Source: Escherichia coli
Lineage (GTDB): Bacteria > Pseudomonadota > Gammaproteobacteria > Enterobacterales > Enterobacteriaceae
DNA length: 64,000 nt
Assembly (NCBI RefSeq): GCF_045037415.1
Contig: NZ_CP173438.1
Strand: one strand, 5' to 3'
The notes below the pieces were generated by a model that ran no database searches, was not told where the DNA came from, and saw only the letters and a list, made by a program, of their open reading frames with translations. Below, in pieces: positions 12,431 to 20,509 of the stretch (positions within the stretch are counted from its first letter, which is position 1; each line of letters begins with the position of its first letter). The position numbers were made by a program, and so were the translations under genes.

Positions 12431-13477
12431 TCATTTTCTCTGGCCACCAACTACGGGCACTACTTTAACTTTCCGGTCATATGCTGCTGTCTGTCGCGGG
12501 TTCTTATGCCCGGAAATTGCTTGCTTCTCTTCCAGGCTGCCTTCCAGATCAGAGATACCTTTTGCTTTCAGATCATGAAATGTGAAGTCTATTTGCAGAT
12601 GAGGATATTTTTCCTGTGCTGCCGCTTTGACATCACGCCAACGAGAGTTAAAACCATCACGGGTATACTTGCCACCGGTAGTTTGATGAATCACAAACAG
12701 GCTACTGATTCCCGTTTTTAATGGCAGAGAACGAGCCAGAGCTATCGCTTTCTGCAGACGAGGCGACCAGGCTTTGATTTGCTTAACGCCGGTTTTTCCC
12801 TGACGAATGTAGATCCCGGAATCGAACAGCTGGTCTTTCTGCAATGAAAGTACATCACTCTGTCTGGCCACGCATAAGTAGGCAATCTCCATTGCTACGC
12901 GAACAACATCAGGAGACACTTCATAAACGGCCTGATATTCTTCATCCGTAATATAACGTTCGCGAGCTTTCTCTTTAAACTGTTTAACTCCCTGACAAGG
13001 ATTCCTCTGAACATAACCTCGTTCATAACCCCAACGGAATACCCGGGACATAAAGCTTTTTTCCCTGTTTGCCTGAGTTCGGCTTGATAAACCGCGTTGA
13101 TCCATATAGCGCCGAATATGTTCAGGTTTGATTTTATCCGGGTCGATCTTCCCGAAGACAGGCAGAACTTTTCCGGAATATTTTGTGTAGTCTTTCCGGG
13201 TTTCGACTGCCAAATCCATAAAATCAGGGGAGGTCATGAATTGTTCCGTGAGCGCCTGAAAAGTATTTCTTTCTTTTTCGTCACCGACCGCTTTTTCATA
13301 TGCCAGCCATACGGCTGATCGTGGTGCATCCAATGCGCACAGGCGTATCGCTTTGTTATCTTTATTCCTGAATTCGTAGGCCGCTTTGCCCTGGTAAACA
13401 CGAGGCGGCATCCAGTTATCTGCTGGGTTCTTTCTCTTTCCGGCCATTAAATATTGCTCCAAAATCAGGTTCATCAT
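12431..13477 (-). CDS. int: tyrosine-recombinase phage integrase
   Basis: 348-aa ORF adjacent to attL. C-terminal catalytic-domain hallmarks (ARQSDVLSL, FHDLKAKG, SGHKNPRQTAAYDRK). Start may be the internal Met at 13447. Confidence 0.92.
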   Translation of the reverse strand: MMNLILEQYLMAGKRKNPADNWMPPRVYQGKAAYEFRNKDNKAIRLCALDAPRSAVWLAYEKAVGDEKERNTFQALTEQFMTSPDFMDLAVETRKDYTKYSGKVLPVFGKIDPDKIKPEHIRRYMDQRGLSSRTQANREKSFMSRVFRWGYERGYVQRNPCQGVKQFKEKARERYITDEEYQAVYEVSPDVVRVAMEIAYLCVARQSDVLSLQKDQLFDSGIYIRQGKTGVKQIKAWSPRLQKAIALARSLPLKTGISSLFVIHQTTGGKYTRDGFNSRWRDVKAAAQEKYPHLQIDFTFHDLKAKGISDLEGSLEEKQAISGHKNPRQTAAYDRKVKVVPVVGGQRK

Positions 13478-13679
13478 CTTTTCGCGTCGTCACCTCCTGT
13501 AAATTGCGAAATTTTATTGGGTTCATGAAATGGCCCCAGGTTGTTTTTGGGTGTCCGTCAGCCCTTTCCATGAAGAAAATTCCAGCCCGGCGAAGAGCCT
13601 CACATTGCTTTGATTTAAGTGGGCTTCCCGTCAGCTCGACCATTTCTTCTCTGGTGATTATGTCGTGATCGCTTTTCAT
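13416..13679 (-). CDS. excisionase-like small DNA-binding protein (DUF4224-like)
   Basis: 87 aa directly upstream of int and overlapping it. ITREEMVELTGSPLKSKQCEALRRAGIFFMERADGHPKTTW resembles DUF4224. Preceded by the GAGGAAAGACC-ATG motif. Confidence 0.6.
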   Translation of the reverse strand: MKSDHDIITREEMVELTGSPLKSKQCEALRRAGIFFMERADGHPKTTWGHFMNPIKFRNLQEVTTRKDDEPDFGAIFNGRKEKEPSR

Positions 13680-13839
13680 GGTCTTTCCTCATTATGTAGC
13701 TTATTGCGTCATCTGCCTTCTGGCAGGCACGGGCAATATCAGACTCGGTCAAAGTCTGTTTCCTGACGCTGGCCGACAGTCGACCAATTTTGATATCAAA
13801 TGCGGAGAGCAGAGTTGCTCCCGGTTGCCATCGCAGCAT
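13615..13839 (-). CDS. hypothetical protein (weak call)
   Basis: ATG at 13839 with a GGAGG 7 nt upstream, but 65 nt overlap with the next gene. The track start at 13869 is a TTG. Confidence 0.3.
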   Translation of the reverse strand: MLRWQPGATLLSAFDIKIGRLSASVRKQTLTESDIARACQKADDAISYIMRKDHEKRSRHNHQRRNGRADGKPT

Positions 13840-13888
13840 TGTGATCCTCCGGTGTCTGGTGAATCGCAATGCTAGCGATGGTGAGTTT

Positions 13889-14071
13889 TTATTTCTGATT
13901 AGGCGTAATCAGTTCTTGTGGGGTGAATGCCGATTTCTCCCGAGTGACCTTAATGTTTTCTGGCAGGTGTAGCCCAAGTTCGCAGCGGCTCCGTGCTTCA
14001 ATAATGCCATTGGTACCATCGGCAAGTACCAGGTGAACCGCGTCACCACGCTTTAATGTGAGTTTAAGCAT
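13889..14071 (-). CDS. CsrA-like small RNA-binding protein candidate
   Basis: 60 aa. Ungapped alignment with E. coli CsrA (61 aa) conserves M1 L2 L4 T5 G9 E/D10 G33 P37 V42 R44 E45. TAATG coupling to the upstream gene. Confidence 0.5.
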   Translation of the reverse strand: MLKLTLKRGDAVHLVLADGTNGIIEARSRCELGLHLPENIKVTREKSAFTPQELITPNQK

Positions 14072-14640
14072 TAGCGTATCCTCAGTGACCGTTCGCCGCG
14101 TTCCAGATGTGCGCCTGGTACCGGGTTTAATAACTCGGCTGGTGGTGTTTCTCCACGCGCCAGTATTTCGGCGGCAACCGCCTCCGCAGATTCAATCACT
14201 TCTTTAATGGCTCGCTTGTTTGGTGTAATAACCGTTTCTACATCAACAAGTGACACGCCCTCATACTCATCCGGGATCTTATCTTTGCTATCGATAATTA
14301 CCCGGATAGTCCCCTGTGCATCAGTAAATGTGTTTTTTGCGGTTTTCAGTTTATCCAGGCCAGCAGCTTGCAGGCAGGTGAGCATATGCTTTCGAATTGC
14401 TTTTTCCTTGCCTTCAAAGGACGTCTTACGGGTTGCCAGGCGAGACATTTCTTCAGCGCAGGTATTGGCATTGCCCTGTAAATTACGGCAGATGACCATC
14501 ATGGCGTCCAGTTTGTCTCCCAGTTCTCCTTCCATGCCTTCAAGCGTGTCGGCGATCATCTCTGGCGTCAGTTCATCGGCGGTTTCTAACAGGTCAATCA
14601 GACTGGCATATTCTTTTGCAATAGCGATAGCAGTGCTCAT
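14071..14640 (-). CDS. Siphovirus Gp157-like early protein
   Basis: 189 aa acidic helical protein. The N-terminal pattern resembles the Gp157 family as I recall it. Lies in the recombination module. Confidence 0.5.
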   Translation of the reverse strand: MSTAIAIAKEYASLIDLLETADELTPEMIADTLEGMEGELGDKLDAMMVICRNLQGNANTCAEEMSRLATRKTSFEGKEKAIRKHMLTCLQAAGLDKLKTAKNTFTDAQGTIRVIIDSKDKIPDEYEGVSLVDVETVITPNKRAIKEVIESAEAVAAEILARGETPPAELLNPVPGAHLERGERSLRIR

Positions 14641-16853
14641 GCTGTTTGCTCCTGTGCAGCGGTAAGGGCGGCGAGGCGTTCAGTTTTAATGTCGGTGATA
14701 CGGCGCAGACGTGATCCCAGATACGATGAATATTCTTTATCGCCTTTGGTTTCCGCTGCTTTCCTGTGTACATCCACTTCGCGGGCGATGAGGCCAAATA
14801 CCTTGTTTACTTCGTTGGCGGTTACCGCGGCGGCCAGCGTATTGGCAACGTTGATAAGCTTCTCATCCAGTTCCTTACGCAGACGGGTAGCATCTTCCGC
14901 ATTCTCGCTGGCATTCTTGATATCAAACTCAGCTTTATTCCTCTGGCGGTATTCCGGATTGTCGTACAGGCCCATGAAAATATCGGCGCTGAATCCGAGA
15001 GGGGATAGCGCTTTCTTAACAGCATCCGTCCAGGATTTCTTCGGTGCTTCGCCGTCGCTTGTTGGTCCGTATTTAGTGTCGTAGATATAAGGTGTGCATC
15101 CGTAAGCCTCGGACTCACCGCGTACCCCATTCAATATGTACCAGACTCTCACTTTCATGGTGTGGTGCATTTCACATAGGTACCCGCCAACACCGTCTTG
15201 AATCAGATCCCATTCTATTTTTTCACCAACCTGTTTTTTGCGAACTATTGGTGCGCCTTTATCAAAGCGCTCCTCCAGCACCTCTACCCCCCAGCCAATA
15301 CCAAATGGCCCAAATTCGCGAGTCGCTTTCATCGCTATATAAGTGCCGTTGATGGATGTGCCGCCGCCATTCTGAGAGAAAGCACTGGTGAAGCGCTCAT
15401 CGGTTTTGAATACGTTCTTCCACAATGCCAGGTTATCCGTGTCATCTGAGTCCTTTAACTCCGTTTCGATAGCTGAGATTGCATTCTGCCGCTTGTGCTC
15501 TTCGGCATGGATCCGCTCAACCAGCGCGTCAACGTTCTGCACCAGATCCTTTACCTGCTCGCTAAGTTGTTCTTGTGGAGGAGTCTCTTCTGCCAGGGTA
15601 ATAGCTGCAGGTTCCCTCTGTGATACGGCGTTATTTTCAGGTACGTCATACACATGGCGAGGCGTGACAAACTGCTCACGCAACTGCTGCAAACTACGTT
15701 CTCCAGCATTTGCAGCTTCGCTTTTTTCGCCCTGATTTGAGGGTGTTTCTGACATCATCCCATCAATTGAGAATCGTCCGCCGCCGTGGTTGGTGACTTT
15801 TACATCATCCTTGGGTGCTGCTTCCTTTGGCTTCTCTTCAACAGCATTTGCATCACGCTGCCCGTTAGCTTGCAGCCAGTTGTCGATGTGACTGCGCAGG
15901 GATTGTGGGAAGTGGTACGTGTCTTTTGCGGGGGCGCTCTGAATAACACCGAATACTGATGCGCGGTCATAGGCAAGGATCTGATCCGTTGTGCGCAAGG
16001 CCATTGACCAGCGTTTAAAATCTTCCCTGTCCTGACTGATTATTTCGTCTGCCGCTTTCAGGATGCTGGGGGTGATTTTTTCCGGGGCAACAGGTAACAG
16101 GGCGCAGGCAATTTCACGATCCAGAGTGGCGTGAGTCTGTTTGTAAGGACGTGCGGATGCTGTTTCTGGTTTTACCTCCGGCAGCATTTCATCTCGTTTA
16201 CCGGGATTCTCTACCCATTTTTTTATAAATTTGGAGATAGTCCAACTGGTCGGGTTTTGTTCCTGGGTATCGCAACTTGCCAAAATTGCATGTACCAGAT
16301 TATTCAATCCAGCAATATGCATGTACTCGATGGGCTTACACGCCACCATGGCATCAAGAACGATGCGGTTAAACGCGTCAACCTCATCCTCACTGTCAGT
16401 ATCACTGTTATCGAGCATCTCCAGGTATTCACGCGTCTGCACAAGCAATTCACTGTCGACTTCGTTGGCGTCGTGGCTGAACAGCAGAACGGCGGCGAAT
16501 CGTTCACGAGCCGGCAGTTTCATCAGGTCGCTAACCTGTGAGATATCTGCTGAACTGCAATCTGAATCAACAGGAGTGTTAACTACCCATTTTTCGCCAT
16601 CAAAACTGTGTTCTGTGGCAAACGTCTCATCAAACTCACCGACGCCTGGGCGCGGTTGGCCCGGGGCATCTTCCCAGATTTTAGGTTTGAAATAGTTGTC
16701 GCCGTGGTCAGGGTAGGCTTCCCACAATTTGCCGATGATGATGTTCTCGGCAACTTTTTTGTTAGGGGCGGCGATGGCGATGGCCAGCGCCGGGATCGCG
16801 CCGTTTTTGAGCGCGCCTTTTTTCGCTTCTAACAAGCCGTTAAAAATGGTCAT
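14637..16853 (-). CDS. 738-aa protein with a C-terminal Rad52/Sak-like single-strand annealing domain
   Basis: Region ...NGGGTSINGTYIAMKATREFGPFGIGWGVEV...AYGCTPY...KKALSPLGF resembles Rad52/22-family annealases. The ~480-aa N-terminal extension is unassigned. Confidence 0.65.
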   Translation of the reverse strand: MTIFNGLLEAKKGALKNGAIPALAIAIAAPNKKVAENIIIGKLWEAYPDHGDNYFKPKIWEDAPGQPRPGVGEFDETFATEHSFDGEKWVVNTPVDSDCSSADISQVSDLMKLPARERFAAVLLFSHDANEVDSELLVQTREYLEMLDNSDTDSEDEVDAFNRIVLDAMVACKPIEYMHIAGLNNLVHAILASCDTQEQNPTSWTISKFIKKWVENPGKRDEMLPEVKPETASARPYKQTHATLDREIACALLPVAPEKITPSILKAADEIISQDREDFKRWSMALRTTDQILAYDRASVFGVIQSAPAKDTYHFPQSLRSHIDNWLQANGQRDANAVEEKPKEAAPKDDVKVTNHGGGRFSIDGMMSETPSNQGEKSEAANAGERSLQQLREQFVTPRHVYDVPENNAVSQREPAAITLAEETPPQEQLSEQVKDLVQNVDALVERIHAEEHKRQNAISAIETELKDSDDTDNLALWKNVFKTDERFTSAFSQNGGGTSINGTYIAMKATREFGPFGIGWGVEVLEERFDKGAPIVRKKQVGEKIEWDLIQDGVGGYLCEMHHTMKVRVWYILNGVRGESEAYGCTPYIYDTKYGPTSDGEAPKKSWTDAVKKALSPLGFSADIFMGLYDNPEYRQRNKAEFDIKNASENAEDATRLRKELDEKLINVANTLAAAVTANEVNKVFGLIAREVDVHRKAAETKGDKEYSSYLGSRLRRITDIKTERLAALTAAQEQTA

Positions 16854-16883
16854 TGGTCTTTCCTCATTACAGGTCAGTGGTTT

Positions 16884-17204
16884 TTAGTAGGGGAGCTCAT
16901 CGGTATCTGGCGTGTATTCGATGCAAAGTAACTGCTGGATTTTGTCATCGATAGCAGCAATACGCTGTTGGGCGTCGGCGACTGTTTTCTGTTTTTGTTC
17001 ACGCAGTTGCTCGACCTGTAAACCGATGATGTCGATTGGCTCGGGCTGGTTAACGGTAATTTCAATTTCGCGGCTTTCCAGAAGGATGTACCTGTCTGGA
17101 AAATTTTTTGACATATCAACAGTCGCAACAAGCAGCTTTTCGTGGCTGAAAGTTGAAGTTGCATAATGAATAAAGAGTGTTACTGGGATGGTGCGCGCTT
17201 CCAT
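16884..17204 (-). CDS. hypothetical early protein
   Basis: 106-aa ORF with a strong AAGGAG RBS. First clear ORF of the leftward operon. Confidence 0.6.
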   Translation of the reverse strand: MEARTIPVTLFIHYATSTFSHEKLLVATVDMSKNFPDRYILLESREIEITVNQPEPIDIIGLQVEQLREQKQKTVADAQQRIAAIDDKIQQLLCIEYTPDTDELPY

Positions 17205-18060
17205 AGCGACTCCTTGGTAATGTATACTCAGAGCCGATCAGCGAATATTGATCAGCTTCCATAGCGTCAGTGTCGTTGGTCTTTCCTCATCACAAGTTTG
17301 GTCACTTGTGATAAATCCGAATGGTTTGGTCGCCGTTCGGGGTAACTGGCCCGCCTTGTGCGGGTCTTTTGCTATCTAAAGGGTGCCGGTTACGTTTCCG
17401 GCGTCGTTATGTTTCCATTACGACCGTACAGGGCTGGTCAGGCCCGGGCTGGTCTTTCCTGTTTTGAGCTGGTCAGGCTCATGGTCAACGCTGGTCAGGC
17501 GTGGTACTTCCTCCGGTCTTTCCCTGGTGTCACGCTGCGGGTTTGGCCTCTCCTGTTGGGGACTCAGGCACAGCGATAAAACCTGGCTGTGTGAAAAAAT
17601 GGCCCATCGTGCGGACTGGGCAAAGACTAAACACAGCAAATTGATGATGGGCGCCCGGAATCGAACCGGGTAACGGGCAGGGAGTTCCCGTTAAACACCT
17701 GTTCACCACAACCGGGAGCGCACTCCGCCATTTCAAAATTTAACGACAAAGCTCAAAGTTGAGTCGATGAAGTGCGCTCTCGTGTTGTAGCCAGGACTCT
17801 TCCCTGGTGGTCACACCGTATCGCCTTGATGGTGAATCAATCGCTCATACCTGGCTGTGGCTTGCACATTCCGGCTACCTGCTATGGAGACAACGCGTTA
17901 AGGCTCCGCTTCCATCCAGACCGCTTCGACACATGTGCCATATGCCGGTGAAGTCTTTCCCTCTGTCACCGTGTTGGCGCCGACGCGCAAAATTTGGTGC
18001 CGTCTTTCCGGCTGTCAGAACGTGTTTCTGAACAACTGCCGCTGGGTAAGCGTTGTTGAT
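17205..18060 (-). other. ORF-free, GC-rich transcribed leader of the leftward early operon (candidate structured RNA)
   Basis: No protein-like ORF on either strand. Many hairpins, five GGAAAGAC copies and three GCCTGACCAGC copies. Lies between the putative pL and the first ORF. Confidence 0.4.
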
Positions 18061-18067
18061 GAAAGTG

Positions 18068-18096
18068 ACTTTACAATTTGTATTTGTAATGGTCAA
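18068..18096 (-). promoter_or_regulatory. candidate pL promoter with overlapping operator
   Basis: Minus strand reads TTGACC-N17-TAAAGT. The palindrome TACAAtTTGTA (18072..18082) overlaps the -10 and spacer. Confidence 0.45.
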
Positions 18097-18214
18097 TGTG
18101 TTTTTAAAAAATAATTTGTAGTTAGGGGCAAAAAAATATTCACTGTGTAAAGGTGTTTTTGTGTTAGGGGAAAGTTGCATGCCAGCAGCGGCTGGCCTGG
18201 AAATTTGAACTGAA

Positions 18215-18608
18215 CTATTTTGTCTGGTTTTTGGCTTCAAGTAGTTCTTTTAGCAGTAGATCGAAGTGCTCTCTTTTTTCTTTTAGCTCATTGATTAATT
18301 TATTTTTTTCGCTCTCAGGCAGTCCTCTGAATAGTTGCAGTAGAGCCTGTTCTTGCGGGGTTAGTTCTTGATTGTAATTACCCGGGTGTAGTGTGGATTC
18401 ATCCAAATATTCCCCTTCATTCATGAAGAAAAAATGAACAGGGTATCCGGTCACTTTTGCTAGCTTGTCTAATTTATCTTTTCTTGGAGTTACCCCATTA
18501 CACCATGCCTGAACTGATTGAGCCGTAACCCCAATATGGCGAGCTAACTCAGATTGAGAACCAGCCTAAGTCTTTTAGAATCCGTTGTAGTCGGCTAGCA
18601 AAAGCCAT
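18215..18608 (-). pseudogene. CI-type HTH (XRE) repressor interrupted by a 1-nt frameshift
   Basis: ATG at 18608 gives MAFASRLQRILKDLGW and then a TGA. The next frame continues SQSELARHIGVTAQSVQAWCNGVTPRKDKLDKLAKVTGYPVHFFF... into ORF 18215..18454. The span is 394 nt, i.e. 131 codons plus 1. Confidence 0.75.
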
Positions 18609-18727
18609 GTTTTTCGTTTTTGTGTTCATACCGTAAGGATACAAGGTTTAATTGTAGGGAGCATTGCAAATATAATTTGTAATTACAGTTATTGTTTGTA
18701 ATGATGACGCGGACACAAGGAGTCCAT
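18609..18727. promoter_or_regulatory. divergent immunity control region (PR/PRM-like) with operator candidates
   Basis: TATAAT at 18671..18676. Perfect palindrome TGTAATTACA at 18678..18687. TTTGTAAT-type half sites recur here and at 18072-18125. Confidence 0.5.
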
Positions 18728-18958
18728 ATGGATAAACAACTGCAAGACAAAATTCTTTCCGTAATGAGTCAATCCGAGTTAGGGCGGCGATTAGGGAAAA
18801 AACCACAAACGGTAAGCCTCTGGTTCAAAGGACGGGTTCCCGGTGAAGAGGTTTTGCGCACATCTGAAGCTCTTGAATGGCGCGTGACCCCTCATGATCT
18901 TAGACCGGATCTTTACCCAAACCCAGATGACAGCTTGCCTAAAACGGAAGCAGCTTAA
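18728..18958 (+). CDS. Cro/YdaS-like HTH protein
   Basis: 76 aa from the ATG with an AAGGAG RBS. HTH in SQSELGRRLGKKPQTVSLWFKG. Divergent from the repressor. Confidence 0.7.
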   Translation: MDKQLQDKILSVMSQSELGRRLGKKPQTVSLWFKGRVPGEEVLRTSEALEWRVTPHDLRPDLYPNPDDSLPKTEAA

Positions 18959-19016
18959 CTGTTGGTGAGCCCCAAATCTGATTAAGCGTAATCAATTTTT
19001 AGCGACAGGAGACGCT

Positions 19017-19493
19017 ATGGAAAACCAAGAGGAATTACAAAAAGAGATTTTGACCTGGGCGGCAAGGGCAGGGCAGGAACTCGTCACGATTGAAATCTGC
19101 CGGGCCTGGTTCAGTCAGGGACGCAATGATGAGTTGAGACTACATGAATTTGAGGACGCGGACGGCAACGTGGACTGGAGAGCCATCAACAACAATCGGC
19201 AGAAAATCTTTCGCTGGTTACGTGGCGAGACAACGGCGGCGCGCCGAAAAACTCAGGTGCTGGCCAGTGTGATGAAAGCCGTGCTACCCGCAGAACGGCG
19301 GGCACGTCTGGAGTCGCCGGGCGATCCCGTTTTGCTGGCAACGCTGGCGGCAAAAGAAGGGGTGGAAGCGATTAACGCTGTACATCTCCACTTCGCGCCA
19401 GAGTTAACTATTCAGGAAATTGACGAAGCAATAGCGGCGCTGGTAGCGACGCGAGGAGCAGTGATACGCACTGCGCAAGACCACCATGCATGA
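19017..19493 (+). CDS. CII/YdaT-like early regulator candidate
   Basis: 158-aa ORF immediately after the cro-like gene, with a good RBS. Function assigned by position only. Confidence 0.45.
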   Translation: MENQEELQKEILTWAARAGQELVTIEICRAWFSQGRNDELRLHEFEDADGNVDWRAINNNRQKIFRWLRGETTAARRKTQVLASVMKAVLPAERRARLESPGDPVLLATLAAKEGVEAINAVHLHFAPELTIQEIDEAIAALVATRGAVIRTAQDHHA

Positions 19494-19532
19494 GCGCCTG
19501 ACCAGCGTTTAACTTATACCGAGGAAAGACCG

Positions 19533-19757
19533 ATGTTAAGACATATTGACCGCATTACCTGGCGTAACGGCTGGCACCTGAATGGACGCCCGGCACATGT
19601 TGCAGAGATCCGCCCCATATTCGATGGCCGCGTCGCAGCTGCACGTTCTGTATGGGAAAAGTACGAAGAAGAAAAAGCGAAACTGCGTGAGCAAAATCTC
19701 TCTGGCGCTGCCTATGAGGCTGGCTGTCGCGTTCTCTCAGAGGCTTTGGGCATATGA
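19533..19757 (+). CDS. hypothetical protein
   Basis: 74 aa. Preceded by GCCTGACCAGCG ... GAGGAAAGACC-G-ATG. Confidence 0.55.
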   Translation: MLRHIDRITWRNGWHLNGRPAHVAEIRPIFDGRVAAARSVWEKYEEEKAKLREQNLSGAAYEAGCRVLSEALGI

Positions 19758-20509
19758 ACATCCTCCCGTTACTTGATAGACCCATAGCCTTCCAGAGAAG
19801 TTTTATCCGTCTTGAAATGGGCGTGACTGCCGCATTGTTTCTGTCGCAGTTGACGTACTGGACAAACAGAACAACTGACGACGGCTGGGTATATAAAACC
19901 CAGGATGAGTGGGAAGAGGAAACAGGGCTTTCACGATACGAGCAGGAGGGCGCGCGCAAAAAACTACGTGGTCTCGGCGTCTTGCTGGAACGTAAACAGG
20001 GCTTGCCTGCCAGGCTGTACTACAAAATCGATAATGATGTGTTGTGCCAGCTACTTACGTCCGCATACAAGGATGCGGAAAAACCACATACAGGTGAGGG
20101 GAAAACCACCAGGCCTGTACGTGGAAAACCAACAAACATTCTTACAGAGAATACTACAGAGATTATTACTGATGGTGAATCGGCTGACGCCGACACCCAA
20201 CAACCTGCCGACCAGAGAATAAATTATCAGGTGATACTCGATACCTATCACGAGATTTTGCCAGAGATGCCACCAGTGAAAATCCTCACTGACGGCAGAA
20301 AAAAACACCTTCGCACTTTCTGGAAAAAATTCAATTTCAATGAGTCCCGTTGGCGGGCCTATCTGGAATTTATCGGTGGCAATTGTCGCTGGATGCTGGA
20401 GGACAGGCCAAATGGCAGGGGAGGATTCTGGCGGCGTAAAAATCTTGATTATCTGATTACCGAACGCTGCTATGTTTCGGTCAAGGAAGAACGCGCAAAT
20501 GATAAATAA
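19754..20509 (+). CDS. replication initiator (O-like, winged-helix N-terminus)
   Basis: 251 aa. N-terminal region typical of phage replication initiators. Immediately upstream of, and overlapping, the helicase gene. Confidence 0.6.
   Translation: MNILPLLDRPIAFQRSFIRLEMGVTAALFLSQLTYWTNRTTDDGWVYKTQDEWEEETGLSRYEQEGARKKLRGLGVLLERKQGLPARLYYKIDNDVLCQLLTSAYKDAEKPHTGEGKTTRPVRGKPTNILTENTTEIITDGESADADTQQPADQRINYQVILDTYHEILPEMPPVKILTDGRKKHLRTFWKKFNFNESRWRAYLEFIGGNCRWMLEDRPNGRGGFWRRKNLDYLITERCYVSVKEERANDK

Noticed and set aside
12341-12721. 126-aa plus-strand ORF starting in the att repeat.
   Set aside because: It is antisense to the integrase 3' end and starts inside the terminator, with no RBS.
17641-17740. 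tRNA-like signal: the minus strand contains CCCGG-TTCGATT-CCGGG (a T-arm look-alike, plus 17654-17670) within an ~85-nt segment.
   Set aside because: The putative acceptor stem (ATGGCGG / CGCCCAT) pairs at only 5 of 7 positions, and I could not fold a D-arm or anticodon arm. It is treated as one hairpin of the structured leader, not as a tRNA.
17875-18240. 121-aa minus-strand ORF, plus the other 60-100-aa ORFs listed between 17358 and 18031.
   Set aside because: They overlap the repressor 3' end and the operator/promoter region. They are mutually overlapping on both strands, R/P/S/C-rich, and lack an RBS. This is typical of GC-rich non-coding sequence.
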